NCBI GenBank assembly: GCA_905236645.1
Contig: CAJOMZ010000013.1
Location: 3,315-67,314, forward strand
DNA from: an uncultured Bacteroidales bacterium
GTDB taxonomy: Bacteria; Bacteroidota; Bacteroidia; Bacteroidales; P3
Direction: 5' to 3'
DNA: 64,000 nt
Both the position numbers and the translations under genes were made by a program. The notes below the pieces were generated by a model. That model was not told where the DNA came from. It searched no databases and worked only from the letters and a program-made list of their open reading frames with translations. How positions within the stretch are numbered: position 1 is the first letter of the stretch; each line of letters starts with the position of its first letter. This document shows positions 47,442 to 57,487 of this stretch, one piece after another.

Positions 47442-48914
47442 TTAAAATGTTTTTTTCCAGCACCAGATGGGGTCGAATTCGCCACCGGGTATGCTGTCGG
47501 CAAGGGTGTAGTTGGCGTCCAGGTATTCGTCTGCCGGTTCCGGCCGAGGACCTTGCGTGAGAACCCAAACTGGATGGAGTTCCTTGATGCCGTGGGTTTT
47601 CTCATACTCTTGCAGACGAGGCGATATGGCGACGTGGCCGCCATAAATAATACGGTTGCATTGGTAGATGTTTTCGTCGGCAAAAAGGCCGGCGCCGATA
47701 TGGTTTAAACCTGCATTGTAGATAGATTTCTGCTCTTCTTGCGGCAAATTGCTGACAAAGCGATGGAAACCGTCGTTTATTTCAGTATTGGCGGTTTTGC
47801 CGCGAAGACGGAAAAGAAGCAAATCTGCGGCATCGTAGCTAATGAAACAGGAGAAAAAGATTGCGCCTGCTAATGCTATATTCCCAAAAATGTTTTTCTC
47901 TGTAATTGAGAGTGCAGAAGTTATGACAAAAAGAGGTATGAAGATCATCGTATAGTGCCAAAAATCAAAAGACCCAATGGCCAATATGCTGGCAACTATA
48001 GAAATGAAACATGGGACACTAATAGATGCTTCTGTATTGTGTTTTGCATACAGTAATAGAAGTGTCAATAAAAATACAACAGGTAGAATGTAGTGTTGAG
48101 CCAATGATAGAAATGGAAGAGCGTTTTTGTTTCCAAAGTACAGGAAATTAAACGCAAAAGTACCATATATCATTTCATAGACACCTGTCCAACCTGCTTT
48201 TGCAAGATAGAACAGGGAGCATAGGACAAACACGATTGCCATTCCGCCGCACATTATCGCAATGTCTTTCCAGAGGCGTTTGAAATCTTTGGCTTGGATG
48301 CATTTTATTAAATGCCACAATACAAAACCAATTATTGGTGCAGTATTGTTCAGGCGAATCATAGCTATTATACCGACGCAAAGACCAATAATAAATGAAT
48401 CTGTATGTGAATATAATGGACTATTGTTGTTTTTTCCTTTGGCATTGCGGATATATAAATATATGGGAAGGCTTATAAACGGCAGACACCATTCTTCGCA
48501 GAGATTGCCTCTTTGATAAAAGGCGAGCAGGAACAATAATCCTGAAAGAGAAATAAGGACAGACGGTATTGGCTTCCTGACAATCAGAACTATTGTTTTA
48601 TACCAAATGATTAGAGTACAGAATAAGGAAAGAATCTGCAGCGCCATTATTCCCCACTTGGGGCTGATGGTCATTCCCAAAGCCTGGATGAACCACAGCA
48701 CAGGCCCTTTGTGGTCGAAAAGGTCGACGTAGGGGGTGCCGCCCTGCGACAGGCACACGCCCATCTCCTGGAAGATGCCGCTGTCGCCGTGGAACCAGAA
48801 CGGGTAATGCTCATAGAGCGGCGATGTGGTGCAGGAGAAGAGGAACACGAAGAGGAATGCCGCGACGAACAGTATCCCGTATATTAGCCAAGTTGGAATA
48901 TTGACGGTCTTCAT
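47442..48914 (-). CDS. Polytopic membrane protein, GT-C (ArnT/PMT-like) glycosyltransferase candidate
   Basis: About 12 TM segments, a first-loop acidic motif (GDSGIFQEMG...PYVDLFDHKGP) and a soluble C-terminal domain. Confidence 0.5.
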   Translation of the reverse strand: MKTVNIPTWLIYGILFVAAFLFVFLFSCTTSPLYEHYPFWFHGDSGIFQEMGVCLSQGGTPYVDLFDHKGPVLWFIQALGMTISPKWGIMALQILSLFCTLIIWYKTIVLIVRKPIPSVLISLSGLLFLLAFYQRGNLCEEWCLPFISLPIYLYIRNAKGKNNNSPLYSHTDSFIIGLCVGIIAMIRLNNTAPIIGFVLWHLIKCIQAKDFKRLWKDIAIMCGGMAIVFVLCSLFYLAKAGWTGVYEMIYGTFAFNFLYFGNKNALPFLSLAQHYILPVVFLLTLLLLYAKHNTEASISVPCFISIVASILAIGSFDFWHYTMIFIPLFVITSALSITEKNIFGNIALAGAIFFSCFISYDAADLLLFRLRGKTANTEINDGFHRFVSNLPQEEQKSIYNAGLNHIGAGLFADENIYQCNRIIYGGHVAISPRLQEYEKTHGIKELHPVWVLTQGPRPEPADEYLDANYTLADSIPGGEFDPIWCWKKTF

Positions 48915-49720
48915 TATTTGCGTTTGGATTCTTTGCGTGATAGTTTTTTGTCAAGCAACTGGCAGAAGCAGATGGCGTGGTCCATAATCCAGCGGGTTGA
49001 TTTGCGGTGGCGCGAGAAGTGGTAGTTCTGCTCGTAGTGGGCCAGGTCTATCTTGATTTGCTGCGGCACATACTTGTCGAAAGCTGCGGTCCGTTCTATA
49101 TGGTGCTTGTGGTCGGATGCCGAGCTGCGGCCTTGGTTGTCGTAATAGACAACAAATAGGTCCAGATGCTTGAACGTGCGTCCTTCGAACAACAGTTTCA
49201 GGTTCATAGCCCAGTCGGAGACGATGCTGAAGGACTCGTCGTAGGGGTTGTTGTCGAACAGCGAACGGCGATAAAATGTGGCCTGGTGGCAGATGTTGTT
49301 GTAGGGGAAGAAAAGAAACCCTAACTCGTCGGGGTAGGTGATTTTTTTTGTCTTTCCGCCGTCGTTGACGTGGATGATGTCGCCATAGCAGATGTCATAT
49401 CGGCCGTCGATTTGTGCGAAGACTTTTTCTAATGTGGTATTCTCGTACAGCCAGTCGCCGCTGTTGAGGAACTGCACATAATCGCCAGTGGCGTGCGCCA
49501 ACCCTTTGTTGATGGCGTTATAGATACCTTTGTCGGGTTCGCTGCACCAAAAGGCAAAACGGTCTTGGTGCTGCCCGATCAGTTCGCGGCTACCGTCGGT
49601 GCTGCCACCATCAACAACAATCCATTCATAGTCTTTGAACGATTGTTGCAAAACGTTGCCGATGGTCTTTTTCAGACCAGACAGGTTATTGTAGTTGATG
49701 GTGACGATGGAGAGTTTCAT
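48914..49720 (-). CDS. Glycosyltransferase family 2 (paralogue of 36933..37769)
   Basis: LSIVTINYNN, VVDGGSTDGS and DKGIYNAINKG. Confidence 0.9.
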   Translation of the reverse strand: MKLSIVTINYNNLSGLKKTIGNVLQQSFKDYEWIVVDGGSTDGSRELIGQHQDRFAFWCSEPDKGIYNAINKGLAHATGDYVQFLNSGDWLYENTTLEKVFAQIDGRYDICYGDIIHVNDGGKTKKITYPDELGFLFFPYNNICHQATFYRRSLFDNNPYDESFSIVSDWAMNLKLLFEGRTFKHLDLFVVYYDNQGRSSASDHKHHIERTAAFDKYVPQQIKIDLAHYEQNYHFSRHRKSTRWIMDHAICFCQLLDKKLSRKESKRK

Positions 49721-49727
49721 TCGAAGT

Positions 49728-50717
49728 TTACTTGTATATAATTTTGAATATTTTTTCCAAAATACGCACGCTTGTTTTGTGTTGCTTTGCTTGGGTGTTT
49801 ATGAGCCAGCGGTTGACAGCTTTTTCCCATTTGCGGCGTGGGTCTTTGAACGACTTGTCGTGTTTTATTCCCAAAGCGTTGGCTTTTTCTTCCCAATTGA
49901 CATCCCAAATGTTAAGGTGACGGAAGTGAGAGGCTCCGTATTGAATCATATAATCAATCACCTGCTTGTCCCACATCGGATTGAATTGGTGGAGAATGGA
50001 AGTGATTTCAATGCCATATTTTGCATAATCTTCGATCCATTGTTTTTCCCAAGGACGCCACTGGCTGGCAGGAATAGTGTCAATCTGATGATATCGACGA
50101 TAGATGCTGACAGGGTAGCTTAAGTCATATACTTTTTCAAAGCACATATACCACCGATTTCGGTTTAACATCCGTTCCCAGTCCATAAATTTATAGTGTA
50201 GAATACATATATCGCGACACAGCAATACATCGTGGCCTTGAGGTGCAATTGTCCTTGGCGCGTGAATCACTCCTTTTCTGAATGGTTCTCCGTCGTCGAC
50301 ATAGCCGGTATAGGCATCTCCAAATTTCCAATAGGTGCCATTCGGGTGTAGATTGTGCAAGGTGAATGACAATATGGTGCCAGGTTTCGCATTACGAATG
50401 GTGTCCCATTCCTTGGAATCAAAATTTGGTGTCAGAATTTCGTCTGCATCAAGTGTTATAAGTATTTTAGGCCCTTCAATTTGGCGTGCTCTTTCAAACA
50501 AAGGTGTTCGATATTCACCTTCGTTCATTTCGCCTGTACGTTTATTGTCAATAAAGATTACTTTATTGTATCTCTGAGCTATTTCAACAGATCCGTCTGT
50601 CGAACCTTGGTCACCAATTATGATATGGTCAGCCCACAAAGATGCGCATTGCAGGAAGCGGTCTAAAAACCAAGCTTCATTTAGGACTGAAGTAAGACAA
50701 ATAAGTTTTGGTGTCAT
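49728..50717 (-). CDS. Glycosyltransferase family 2-like
   Basis: IIIGDQGSTDGS and TLDADE. Confidence 0.7.
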   Translation of the reverse strand: MTPKLICLTSVLNEAWFLDRFLQCASLWADHIIIGDQGSTDGSVEIAQRYNKVIFIDNKRTGEMNEGEYRTPLFERARQIEGPKILITLDADEILTPNFDSKEWDTIRNAKPGTILSFTLHNLHPNGTYWKFGDAYTGYVDDGEPFRKGVIHAPRTIAPQGHDVLLCRDICILHYKFMDWERMLNRNRWYMCFEKVYDLSYPVSIYRRYHQIDTIPASQWRPWEKQWIEDYAKYGIEITSILHQFNPMWDKQVIDYMIQYGASHFRHLNIWDVNWEEKANALGIKHDKSFKDPRRKWEKAVNRWLINTQAKQHKTSVRILEKIFKIIYK

Positions 50718-51613
50718 TGCGTATTCAATTGTTTATATGGTTCTTGGGGAACGGGGAAGATTTTCCGTTTGATGTTAACAATGTCAAACAGTCGAAGTGA
50801 ATAACCCGTTATTTTGAAAGTAAAGTCATTTCTGCGATGTTTGACTATCCAATGGTTCAGCCAGTGGTGGTAGCGATGGAATGGCAACAGGTAACGAAGA
50901 CAGTATCGCATCGTATAGTCATACCAGGCTTCACGGAGTGATTCGGCAAATGAAAAATCAGAATGTGAGATACTGTCGCCATAAATACGCCATTGCACAA
51001 GGGGTTCATTGACAATACCTATTTTCCAACCATTTGTGGCATATCGTATGGCGATAGGCCAATCTTCAATCATAGGATATTTTTCTTCGAAACCACCTGT
51101 TTCTATCAGATGATTGCGTTCAAGAAATACTGTGGGCCCGTTAATACCATATAGGTATCTTAACATATATCGCGCCTGTTTCCAGGCTGTTTTGTCTGGA
51201 ATGCGAGTGCTGTATAGTGAAGTTTCGCAAGTCTCGTTGTAAAGATGTTTTGTGATACAGGTATATAGATATATATTTGGCTTTATATTAGCCACAAATC
51301 GTTCAATACAATTGTATTCCAAAATGTCGTCGCCGGCTATGTATTTAATCCAATCGCCGCAGGAATATTTCAAAGCAAAATTGTAGTTTCCGCAGATTCC
51401 GCAATTTTTCGCAGTTTGAATAACGGAGGCGTTTACAAATCTATTTTTGTTTTTTTCAACCCATTGATGACAGAGGTCAAGCGTGTTGTCTTTAGAACAA
51501 TCGTCACTGACAATGAGTTGTAATTCGGAATAAGTCTGCCGATAAATACTTTCCAGTGTATCCAATACATATTTGGATGAATTGTATGTGACAACGATTA
51601 CCGAAACGAGCAT
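50714..51613 (-). CDS. Glycosyltransferase family 2
   Basis: VSVIVVTYNSSKYV and IVSDDCSKDNT. Confidence 0.9.
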   Translation of the reverse strand: MLVSVIVVTYNSSKYVLDTLESIYRQTYSELQLIVSDDCSKDNTLDLCHQWVEKNKNRFVNASVIQTAKNCGICGNYNFALKYSCGDWIKYIAGDDILEYNCIERFVANIKPNIYLYTCITKHLYNETCETSLYSTRIPDKTAWKQARYMLRYLYGINGPTVFLERNHLIETGGFEEKYPMIEDWPIAIRYATNGWKIGIVNEPLVQWRIYGDSISHSDFSFAESLREAWYDYTMRYCLRYLLPFHRYHHWLNHWIVKHRRNDFTFKITGYSLRLFDIVNIKRKIFPVPQEPYKQLNTQ

Positions 51614-52473
51614 ATTCTTTTGTGTATGTTTATTAAATCAAAACAGCGAAGAAAATAGCCAAAAGTTTTTACGGTCATTCGATTGGAATCGTGAGTGCTC
51701 AGAAAATGCGTAACCCAAGCATTGTAATAATGTAGTGGCATCCCATAACGTAAATAATAGCGTGTATAATAGAAGTGGCAGTCCCGAATGTTTTGTACCA
51801 TCACAGGGTTTGCAGTATGCATTAGGCTTTTGGGGTTTTCTCTTTTAAGAAGTGTTACGTTATCTAACACACCAATAGGATGTCTGTTTGCTAATGACTG
51901 AAGAAACGGACTTCCATCTTGATACATAGGGTATTTCTCGTTAAACATTCCCTGTGAGACAAATGTTTTCCGATGAATGAAGTTTGTCGCAGTGCATATC
52001 CCTAACAGCCTATTATTTAATAGGTAAACCATTTGCCTGCGAACTGATGCAGACGGCAGAGTGGAATAATGTACGTCTCCTAATCCCTGATCGTTGAATG
52101 ATTGTTCGTTTGAATACCATACTGTATATTGTGGCTTTGTTAAGCAACAATGGACATAACAATCAATTGCATTCTCTGTCAGTAAATCGTCACCATCCAG
52201 ACATTTAACCCATTCTCCAGAGGCTTTCTTGAAACCATTGTTGTAATTGGCAGTGACGCCACTGTTAATGTTTGTTTTTGTCTGTATAACGTTGACAAAA
52301 CGCGCCCTATGTTCCTCGATCCATTGTGTCGTCATATAAACCGAGTTGTCATTGGAGCAATCGTCGGTTATTATCAGTTCTATATCTTTATATGTTTGTC
52401 GGTACACGCTGTCAAGGGTGTCTTTGACATATTTTGCGCAGTTGTATGTTGCAACGATGACTGAGACTAACAT
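51598..52473 (-). CDS. Glycosyltransferase family 2 (tandem paralogue)
   Basis: VSVIVATYNCAKYV and IITDDCSNDNS. Confidence 0.9.
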   Translation of the reverse strand: MLVSVIVATYNCAKYVKDTLDSVYRQTYKDIELIITDDCSNDNSVYMTTQWIEEHRARFVNVIQTKTNINSGVTANYNNGFKKASGEWVKCLDGDDLLTENAIDCYVHCCLTKPQYTVWYSNEQSFNDQGLGDVHYSTLPSASVRRQMVYLLNNRLLGICTATNFIHRKTFVSQGMFNEKYPMYQDGSPFLQSLANRHPIGVLDNVTLLKRENPKSLMHTANPVMVQNIRDCHFYYTRYYLRYGMPLHYYNAWVTHFLSTHDSNRMTVKTFGYFLRCFDLINIHKRICSFR

Positions 52474-53531
52474 ATTTCTTCGATTCTATTCAAAGCGTCG
52501 GTTATCCTTTCGCATTCAATATCTTGCAATCTTATAGAAGGAATGGTTTGGTATGATTGCAATTCTTTGTTTTCATATAATTTCTGCAGTTCTTTGTTAA
52601 AGACAACAACTTGTTTAGCAGCATCTAATTTAACGGATTCATACTCGTTTGCACTTATCACCACACAGGGCTTTCTGAGTTGAATGGCCAAATGATAAAT
52701 GAAAGTGTTCACAGTGACAACATATTGGCATTGTGACACTAAATAAGGGTAATCTGACAAACTATAATCGTATCCATCAAATATTTGTGCCTTGAAATTT
52801 ATAATTATTGATGGATGTTCTGAAACAAACTTTTTATAGTCGCCATTGAACAGAATATTAAATCCTTTTGAAGCAAGATGATTCATTATGGCTGTAGTTT
52901 GTTTGTCTGAAAGTTTTCCTTGAGTGTTGCCGCCTTCGACAAATACTACATATGGATTTGTCAAGTTTTTTTTATGTGGCGATTCGGCAAGGGGACGCAG
53001 GGGTGGGTGATGTTTGAAATTATCAGGTAGTGTAAACCATTGATTAATTACTGCATTATTGGCAGTTTCATAATATTGTTTTGTCTTTCGAAATCCAAGG
53101 CCATAATAACGACTCTTAGCTTTAACCAAATTATTTAAATATTTGACTCGAAAATTTACGTATACATCTGCTTTGAATAGTTTGAAAAATAGCGATTCTA
53201 TCTTTAATGGATTATCAGGACTCTCAAGAGAACGATATAAGTCGAAATGGTTCGTGTGTTTTTCTGAATCCCACTCCCTTGCCAATGATTCCCATTGGCT
53301 CATACCGATAACTATTATTCGGCAATTCACAGGTGAATAATGCTCGCGAATAGCACTGTAATAGCTTCTAAACCAAAGATAATCGCCTAACCCACCACTT
53401 TCTGTAGAAAGCACTACAATTGGTTTTTTACAGATACGCCACCACCATATCTTGCATAATTCACAGATAAACTTACCGATATAATGTGGATGTTGTCTTA
53501 AATATTTATGCAATGCGGATGTGCTAAACAT
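52467..53531 (-). CDS. Putative glycosyltransferase, GT9 (heptosyltransferase)-like
   Basis: The N-terminal VVLSTESGGLGDYL pattern and its size suggest a GT-B fold. Weak call. Confidence 0.4.
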   Translation of the reverse strand: MFSTSALHKYLRQHPHYIGKFICELCKIWWWRICKKPIVVLSTESGGLGDYLWFRSYYSAIREHYSPVNCRIIVIGMSQWESLAREWDSEKHTNHFDLYRSLESPDNPLKIESLFFKLFKADVYVNFRVKYLNNLVKAKSRYYGLGFRKTKQYYETANNAVINQWFTLPDNFKHHPPLRPLAESPHKKNLTNPYVVFVEGGNTQGKLSDKQTTAIMNHLASKGFNILFNGDYKKFVSEHPSIIINFKAQIFDGYDYSLSDYPYLVSQCQYVVTVNTFIYHLAIQLRKPCVVISANEYESVKLDAAKQVVVFNKELQKLYENKELQSYQTIPSIRLQDIECERITDALNRIEEIC

Positions 53532-54786
53532 TTTTTGTTGCTTCTTGAAATAGACGAATCAGGTCGCTTGTATGTTCATTTATACTACGAATCTTTCTAT
53601 TTGGATTATGTGGACTTGTAAGATATTTTTTTATTGCATTGGCTAATTCATCTATTTTGTTTGGCTCAACCAATATTCCATCAGCCTCGCTGTGTATCTG
53701 CATTTCGGCTCCGCCGCAGCGTGTGGCGATGACGTATTTGTGCTGTGCAATGGCCTCGCCGATGGTGAGGCCGAAAACCTCAAGGTAGATTGCGGGATGG
53801 ACAAGGCAGTGGAACTCTTTTACAAGTCCGCCGACTTGTTCCGCAGGCATTTTGCCGTGCCAGACGATGCGGCTGTCTTTGCGGTATTTGCGTTTCAGCC
53901 TGTCGGCGTAGCGGCGCTCGCCCTTGGTGGCGGCGTCTCCGACCAGGTGCAGTCTGGTGTTCGGATTGTCGATGCCGGAGAAGGCTTCCAGCAGGATGTG
54001 TATGCCTTTCACGTAATTGATGCGGCCGACGTAGTAGAAATGGATAATCGGAGAACGGGGAACGTGGAACGGAGAACTTGATTGTGAATTGTTTTGCGGT
54101 ATGCCGTGAGGGATTATCGATATCTTTTCCGCTGGGCAGCCGTTGCGTTGCAGGGCCTCGGCCATTGCGTCGGACGGGGCAATGAAGTGTGTGGCGAGTT
54201 GGCGGAGTTCTTTCCAGTCGTTGAGTTTTTGGGTGACTATGAGTCCTGTTCGTCCGATAGGGGTGAGGAACGGTATTGTTGGCAGCTTTTCAAGTCGTTT
54301 GCCGGTTTGGCAGTAATGCTTTTGGCTGTAATGTTTCAGCAACGGGTACCAGAACAGGCCTGTGGGCGTGTTGCGCAGGTAGCATTTCAAGCAATGGCTG
54401 TAGTCGGCCGGGATGCGGCAAATTTCATCTTCGGTATTCAATAATGTGCCGGCCGGGCAGACAAGACCGCCGTGATGGGCGGTGACGATGCAGGGAATGC
54501 CCGTCTCTTTGCACAGACGGGCTGCCACGAGCTTTTCGCCGTTGGCGTGGACGATGTCTGGCTGAATCTGCATCAAGGCATCGCGGAACGAATCTTCGTC
54601 GTTCACTTGATATACATTGATGCCGTTATAATCTTTGATTGCGGCTATTGCGCTTTTGCTGAATGATATGACGCTTGCCGTCACATCGTTTCTTTTGGCC
54701 AATTCGTCAACTATGTTGCGTACATACACCTGTCCGCCGCCATAGTCGGAAAAGAAATCGCCTGAAGCAACAACCGCCAATTTCAT
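53524..54786 (-). CDS. Glycosyltransferase family 4 (GT-B, Pfam Glycos_transf_1)
   Basis: N-terminal KLAVVASGDFFSDYGGGQVY and the E-x7-E region EVFGLTIGEAIA. Confidence 0.85.
   Translation of the reverse strand: MKLAVVASGDFFSDYGGGQVYVRNIVDELAKRNDVTASVISFSKSAIAAIKDYNGINVYQVNDEDSFRDALMQIQPDIVHANGEKLVAARLCKETGIPCIVTAHHGGLVCPAGTLLNTEDEICRIPADYSHCLKCYLRNTPTGLFWYPLLKHYSQKHYCQTGKRLEKLPTIPFLTPIGRTGLIVTQKLNDWKELRQLATHFIAPSDAMAEALQRNGCPAEKISIIPHGIPQNNSQSSSPFHVPRSPIIHFYYVGRINYVKGIHILLEAFSGIDNPNTRLHLVGDAATKGERRYADRLKRKYRKDSRIVWHGKMPAEQVGGLVKEFHCLVHPAIYLEVFGLTIGEAIAQHKYVIATRCGGAEMQIHSEADGILVEPNKIDELANAIKKYLTSPHNPNRKIRSINEHTSDLIRLFQEATKNV
54046..54080 (+). repeat. Heptamer array 4 (aatcgga gaacggg gaacgtg gaacgga gaacttg) inside the minus-strand GT4 gene
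   Basis: It has the same DNA orientation as the three valS arrays but is read antisense, encoding SSSPFHVPRSP. Confidence 0.75.
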
Positions 54787-55037
54787 AAAACAATTATTTC
54801 AAGCATATAAAAAAAACTACATATCTTCGAGTGAGAGAAGCCCAGATGTGATGGCCATATTCTTTATTTGGGGACAATTTTGTTTCTCTCTGTCGTAGAA
54901 TTTCATCGTGTAATATTTTGGGGGATTAAGACTTTAAAATACTTGATGGCGTTATTGTATTTTGTATTACGGTAATTTAAATTACTATTATTGGAGTTTG
55001 AGTGTACGGTGTTGATTTTTAGTCTTTTTTGTTTGTG

Positions 55038-55748
55038 TCATTTTCGTGTTCCTCTTATCCGTTCCAGCCAGTGGTAGAAGCCCATCAGTCCGTTGCGGCA
55101 GCAGAAGTAGTAGAGGCGACTTTTTTCGGGATAGTCCAGCCAAGAGCCTTGGCACCAGTGGATGGCGCTTTTGTCGTAGAAGCAGTATTTGTCGTGTATG
55201 TGGTCGAGAGGGTAGATGGTTACGTTGTTAGAGAGGCTGTAATGTTTGTTTTCGGAGGTGTAGCCGTATTGTTCAAGGATGGGTACCAGTGCGTGGCAGA
55301 TGGTGAGCGGGTTGTCCTGGTCGAAATGCATTGTGTTGTACAATTCGAGGGCTTCCTTCAGGAATGGATGCCCTTTTTCGGAACCCATAATGGCGCATTC
55401 CAAGTCGTAGTATATCTCGTTGTCAATGATGTACGGTTCTGTACCGGTAAAGAATGCGTTGTCGAGGAACGAATCGAACGGTTTGAAGACTTCGACATCC
55501 GAATCCAGATAGACACCCCCTTCGGTATATAAAGCATATAGCCTGACATAGTCGGCAGCGAAGGCGTATTTTTTTGCATCCATAGCCTCTTTGACGAACG
55601 GTACGCTGCCGAAGTCGAAACTGTTGCCGTCCCATAGCTGCAGTTTGAAGTCGGGCAGCATCTGCTTCCAGCTTCGCAGGCAACGCTTGATGAGGTCGGG
55701 ATAGGGATCGCCGCTGAACCAGCAGTAGTGTATCGTTTTGGGAATCAT
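55038..55748 (-). CDS. GT32-like glycosyltransferase (DXD sugar-binding region family)
   Basis: IPKTIHYCWFSG...SWKQMLPDFKLQLWD and YLDSDVEV. Confidence 0.8.
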   Translation of the reverse strand: MIPKTIHYCWFSGDPYPDLIKRCLRSWKQMLPDFKLQLWDGNSFDFGSVPFVKEAMDAKKYAFAADYVRLYALYTEGGVYLDSDVEVFKPFDSFLDNAFFTGTEPYIIDNEIYYDLECAIMGSEKGHPFLKEALELYNTMHFDQDNPLTICHALVPILEQYGYTSENKHYSLSNNVTIYPLDHIHDKYCFYDKSAIHWCQGSWLDYPEKSRLYYFCCRNGLMGFYHWLERIRGTRK

Positions 55749-56488
55749 TTCCTTTTTGTTTCAATCCAATGGTATAACTTCATCAGATTCATTTTCCAGC
55801 AAATTTTGTAGAAAAGCCCTCGCGGTTTGGGTTTGAACCACGACATCTCCCCCCAGTGGTAGGTGTATGCATCAGGGCTTGGGACCGGAGCAAGACGGTC
55901 GGCAAATACAGTTGATGGATAAACAGTAATGCCATCTTTCAGCTCTTGGCTTTTGTCTTCGACAACGAAACCATATTTCTCTTGCAGGATTGCTGACATT
56001 GAGTAGTTTGTCACTTTCGTATCTATACTGCCGTCGCTTTTGACAATATTGGATTGCTCCAATGCCCGCATACAATCTTTTATGTAAGGATGTTGTGGTT
56101 CCGAACCGATCACACCCATAGAAAGGTTTGTGACAATTTTTTTCTCTTTTTTGCTAATATCGACTGGAAAAACCTGAGTGCCGATGAAAAGTCTGTGATT
56201 CAGAAATCCGTCAAGGGGCTTCAAGACCTCGGTGTCCGTGTCAAGGTATAATCCACCATAACGGTACAAAGCCCAAAGGCGGACATAGTCCGAGGCAAAT
56301 GCCCATTTGCCTGCATTGTAAGCGGTTTTGACAAAAGAAGGAGCCTCGTTAATATTATAGGTGTCTTCATTCCACAGCATTACCTTAAAGTCGGGCAAAT
56401 GCTTCTTCCAGCTTTCTATGCATTGTTTGATGGTGTCGGATTGTTCTTCTCCGCCCAGCCACACATAATGGATTATCTTCGGAATCAT
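55745..56488 (-). CDS. GT32-like glycosyltransferase (tandem paralogue)
   Basis: IPKIIHYVWLGG...SWKKHLPDFKVMLWNE and YLDTDTEV. Confidence 0.8.
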   Translation of the reverse strand: MIPKIIHYVWLGGEEQSDTIKQCIESWKKHLPDFKVMLWNEDTYNINEAPSFVKTAYNAGKWAFASDYVRLWALYRYGGLYLDTDTEVLKPLDGFLNHRLFIGTQVFPVDISKKEKKIVTNLSMGVIGSEPQHPYIKDCMRALEQSNIVKSDGSIDTKVTNYSMSAILQEKYGFVVEDKSQELKDGITVYPSTVFADRLAPVPSPDAYTYHWGEMSWFKPKPRGLFYKICWKMNLMKLYHWIETKRK

Positions 56489-56489
56489 A

Positions 56490-57482
56490 CTATCGCATTT
56501 TCAAAAGGTTAATGCCAGTCAGTCGCCAAAAACGTATGAAAGAAACGCCGTGTTTTTTCTGCCTGCCACAATATTTATATAGCTCTTTGTCAGTCTCCTT
56601 CAACCAATTGTCGTATCTTTTCAGCTCCTTTTTTGCATCATCAAGCTTGCCGGCATAAACAGGCGACATCATAAGGTAATACGCCTTTGCAACCGTTCCA
56701 CGTACGGTTTCTTCGATAAAATTATATAGGTTCGGTTGCATTGTGCGTGGCGCGTCGGTAAGGAACTGCGTTATCCGCTGGCTCATAGCGGCATAGTCTT
56801 TGTAGTGCTTGGCGTAGCCGACGGTGCTTGTGCTTTGGCCGTCGCTGCCGCGGAAATAGACGGTGACGTTGTATGGCAGTACGCAGATGGTCTGCACGTG
56901 GGGCAGGGGATAGAGGTTGTACTCAATGTCGCCATAGTAGCGTTCGCCTACCTTGATGCCAGCATCCTGAAGCATCTGTGTGCGGTAGGTAATGGCGTGG
57001 ATGGGGAAGTCCCAGGCGGTAGGGTGATGCTCCCAGAAGTCGTTCAGCGATATCTGCTTGTCGTAGATTTCCTCTTTGTAGGAATGCCTGATGTGCTTGT
57101 CGTCGGCCTTGAAATATTCTGTGTATTCTGTTGCGATGTAATCGATGTCATTCTCTTTAAGAAAGGCGATATAGGCAGGTAGTTCCTCGCTGCAGACCCA
57201 GTCGTCGGCATCGACCTCTTTGATGTACTTGCCTTTGGCTTCGCGTATGCCGATGTTGATGGCCGTACCCCAACCGCCGTTTGCCTTGTCAATGACGCGG
57301 ACTACTGTGGGGTATCGCCTCTCGTAGTCCTGTAACACAGCCAGAGTGTCGTCCGTCGAGCCGTCATTGATCAACAATATCTCAATGTCGTTGACTATAT
57401 CGTCATCAAGCATCGAATCCATACAGCGGCCGACGCAATCCGACACATTGTAACAAGGAACAAGAAATGTAAGTGTTTTCAT
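56490..57482 (-). CDS. Glycosyltransferase family 2
   Basis: FLVPCYNVSDCV, LINDGSTDDT and VDADDW. Confidence 0.9.
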   Translation of the reverse strand: MKTLTFLVPCYNVSDCVGRCMDSMLDDDIVNDIEILLINDGSTDDTLAVLQDYERRYPTVVRVIDKANGGWGTAINIGIREAKGKYIKEVDADDWVCSEELPAYIAFLKENDIDYIATEYTEYFKADDKHIRHSYKEEIYDKQISLNDFWEHHPTAWDFPIHAITYRTQMLQDAGIKVGERYYGDIEYNLYPLPHVQTICVLPYNVTVYFRGSDGQSTSTVGYAKHYKDYAAMSQRITQFLTDAPRTMQPNLYNFIEETVRGTVAKAYYLMMSPVYAGKLDDAKKELKRYDNWLKETDKELYKYCGRQKKHGVSFIRFWRLTGINLLKMR

Positions 57483-57487
57483 ATTCG

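Noticed and set aside
54787-55037. An invertible (phase-variable) promoter in the 251-nt spacer of the glycan locus. It includes the palindrome GTAATTTAAATTAC at about 54970.
   Set aside because: I could find no flanking inverted-repeat pair bracketing a promoter-sized segment. There is no site-specific recombinase gene in the window and no clear TAnnTTTG box.
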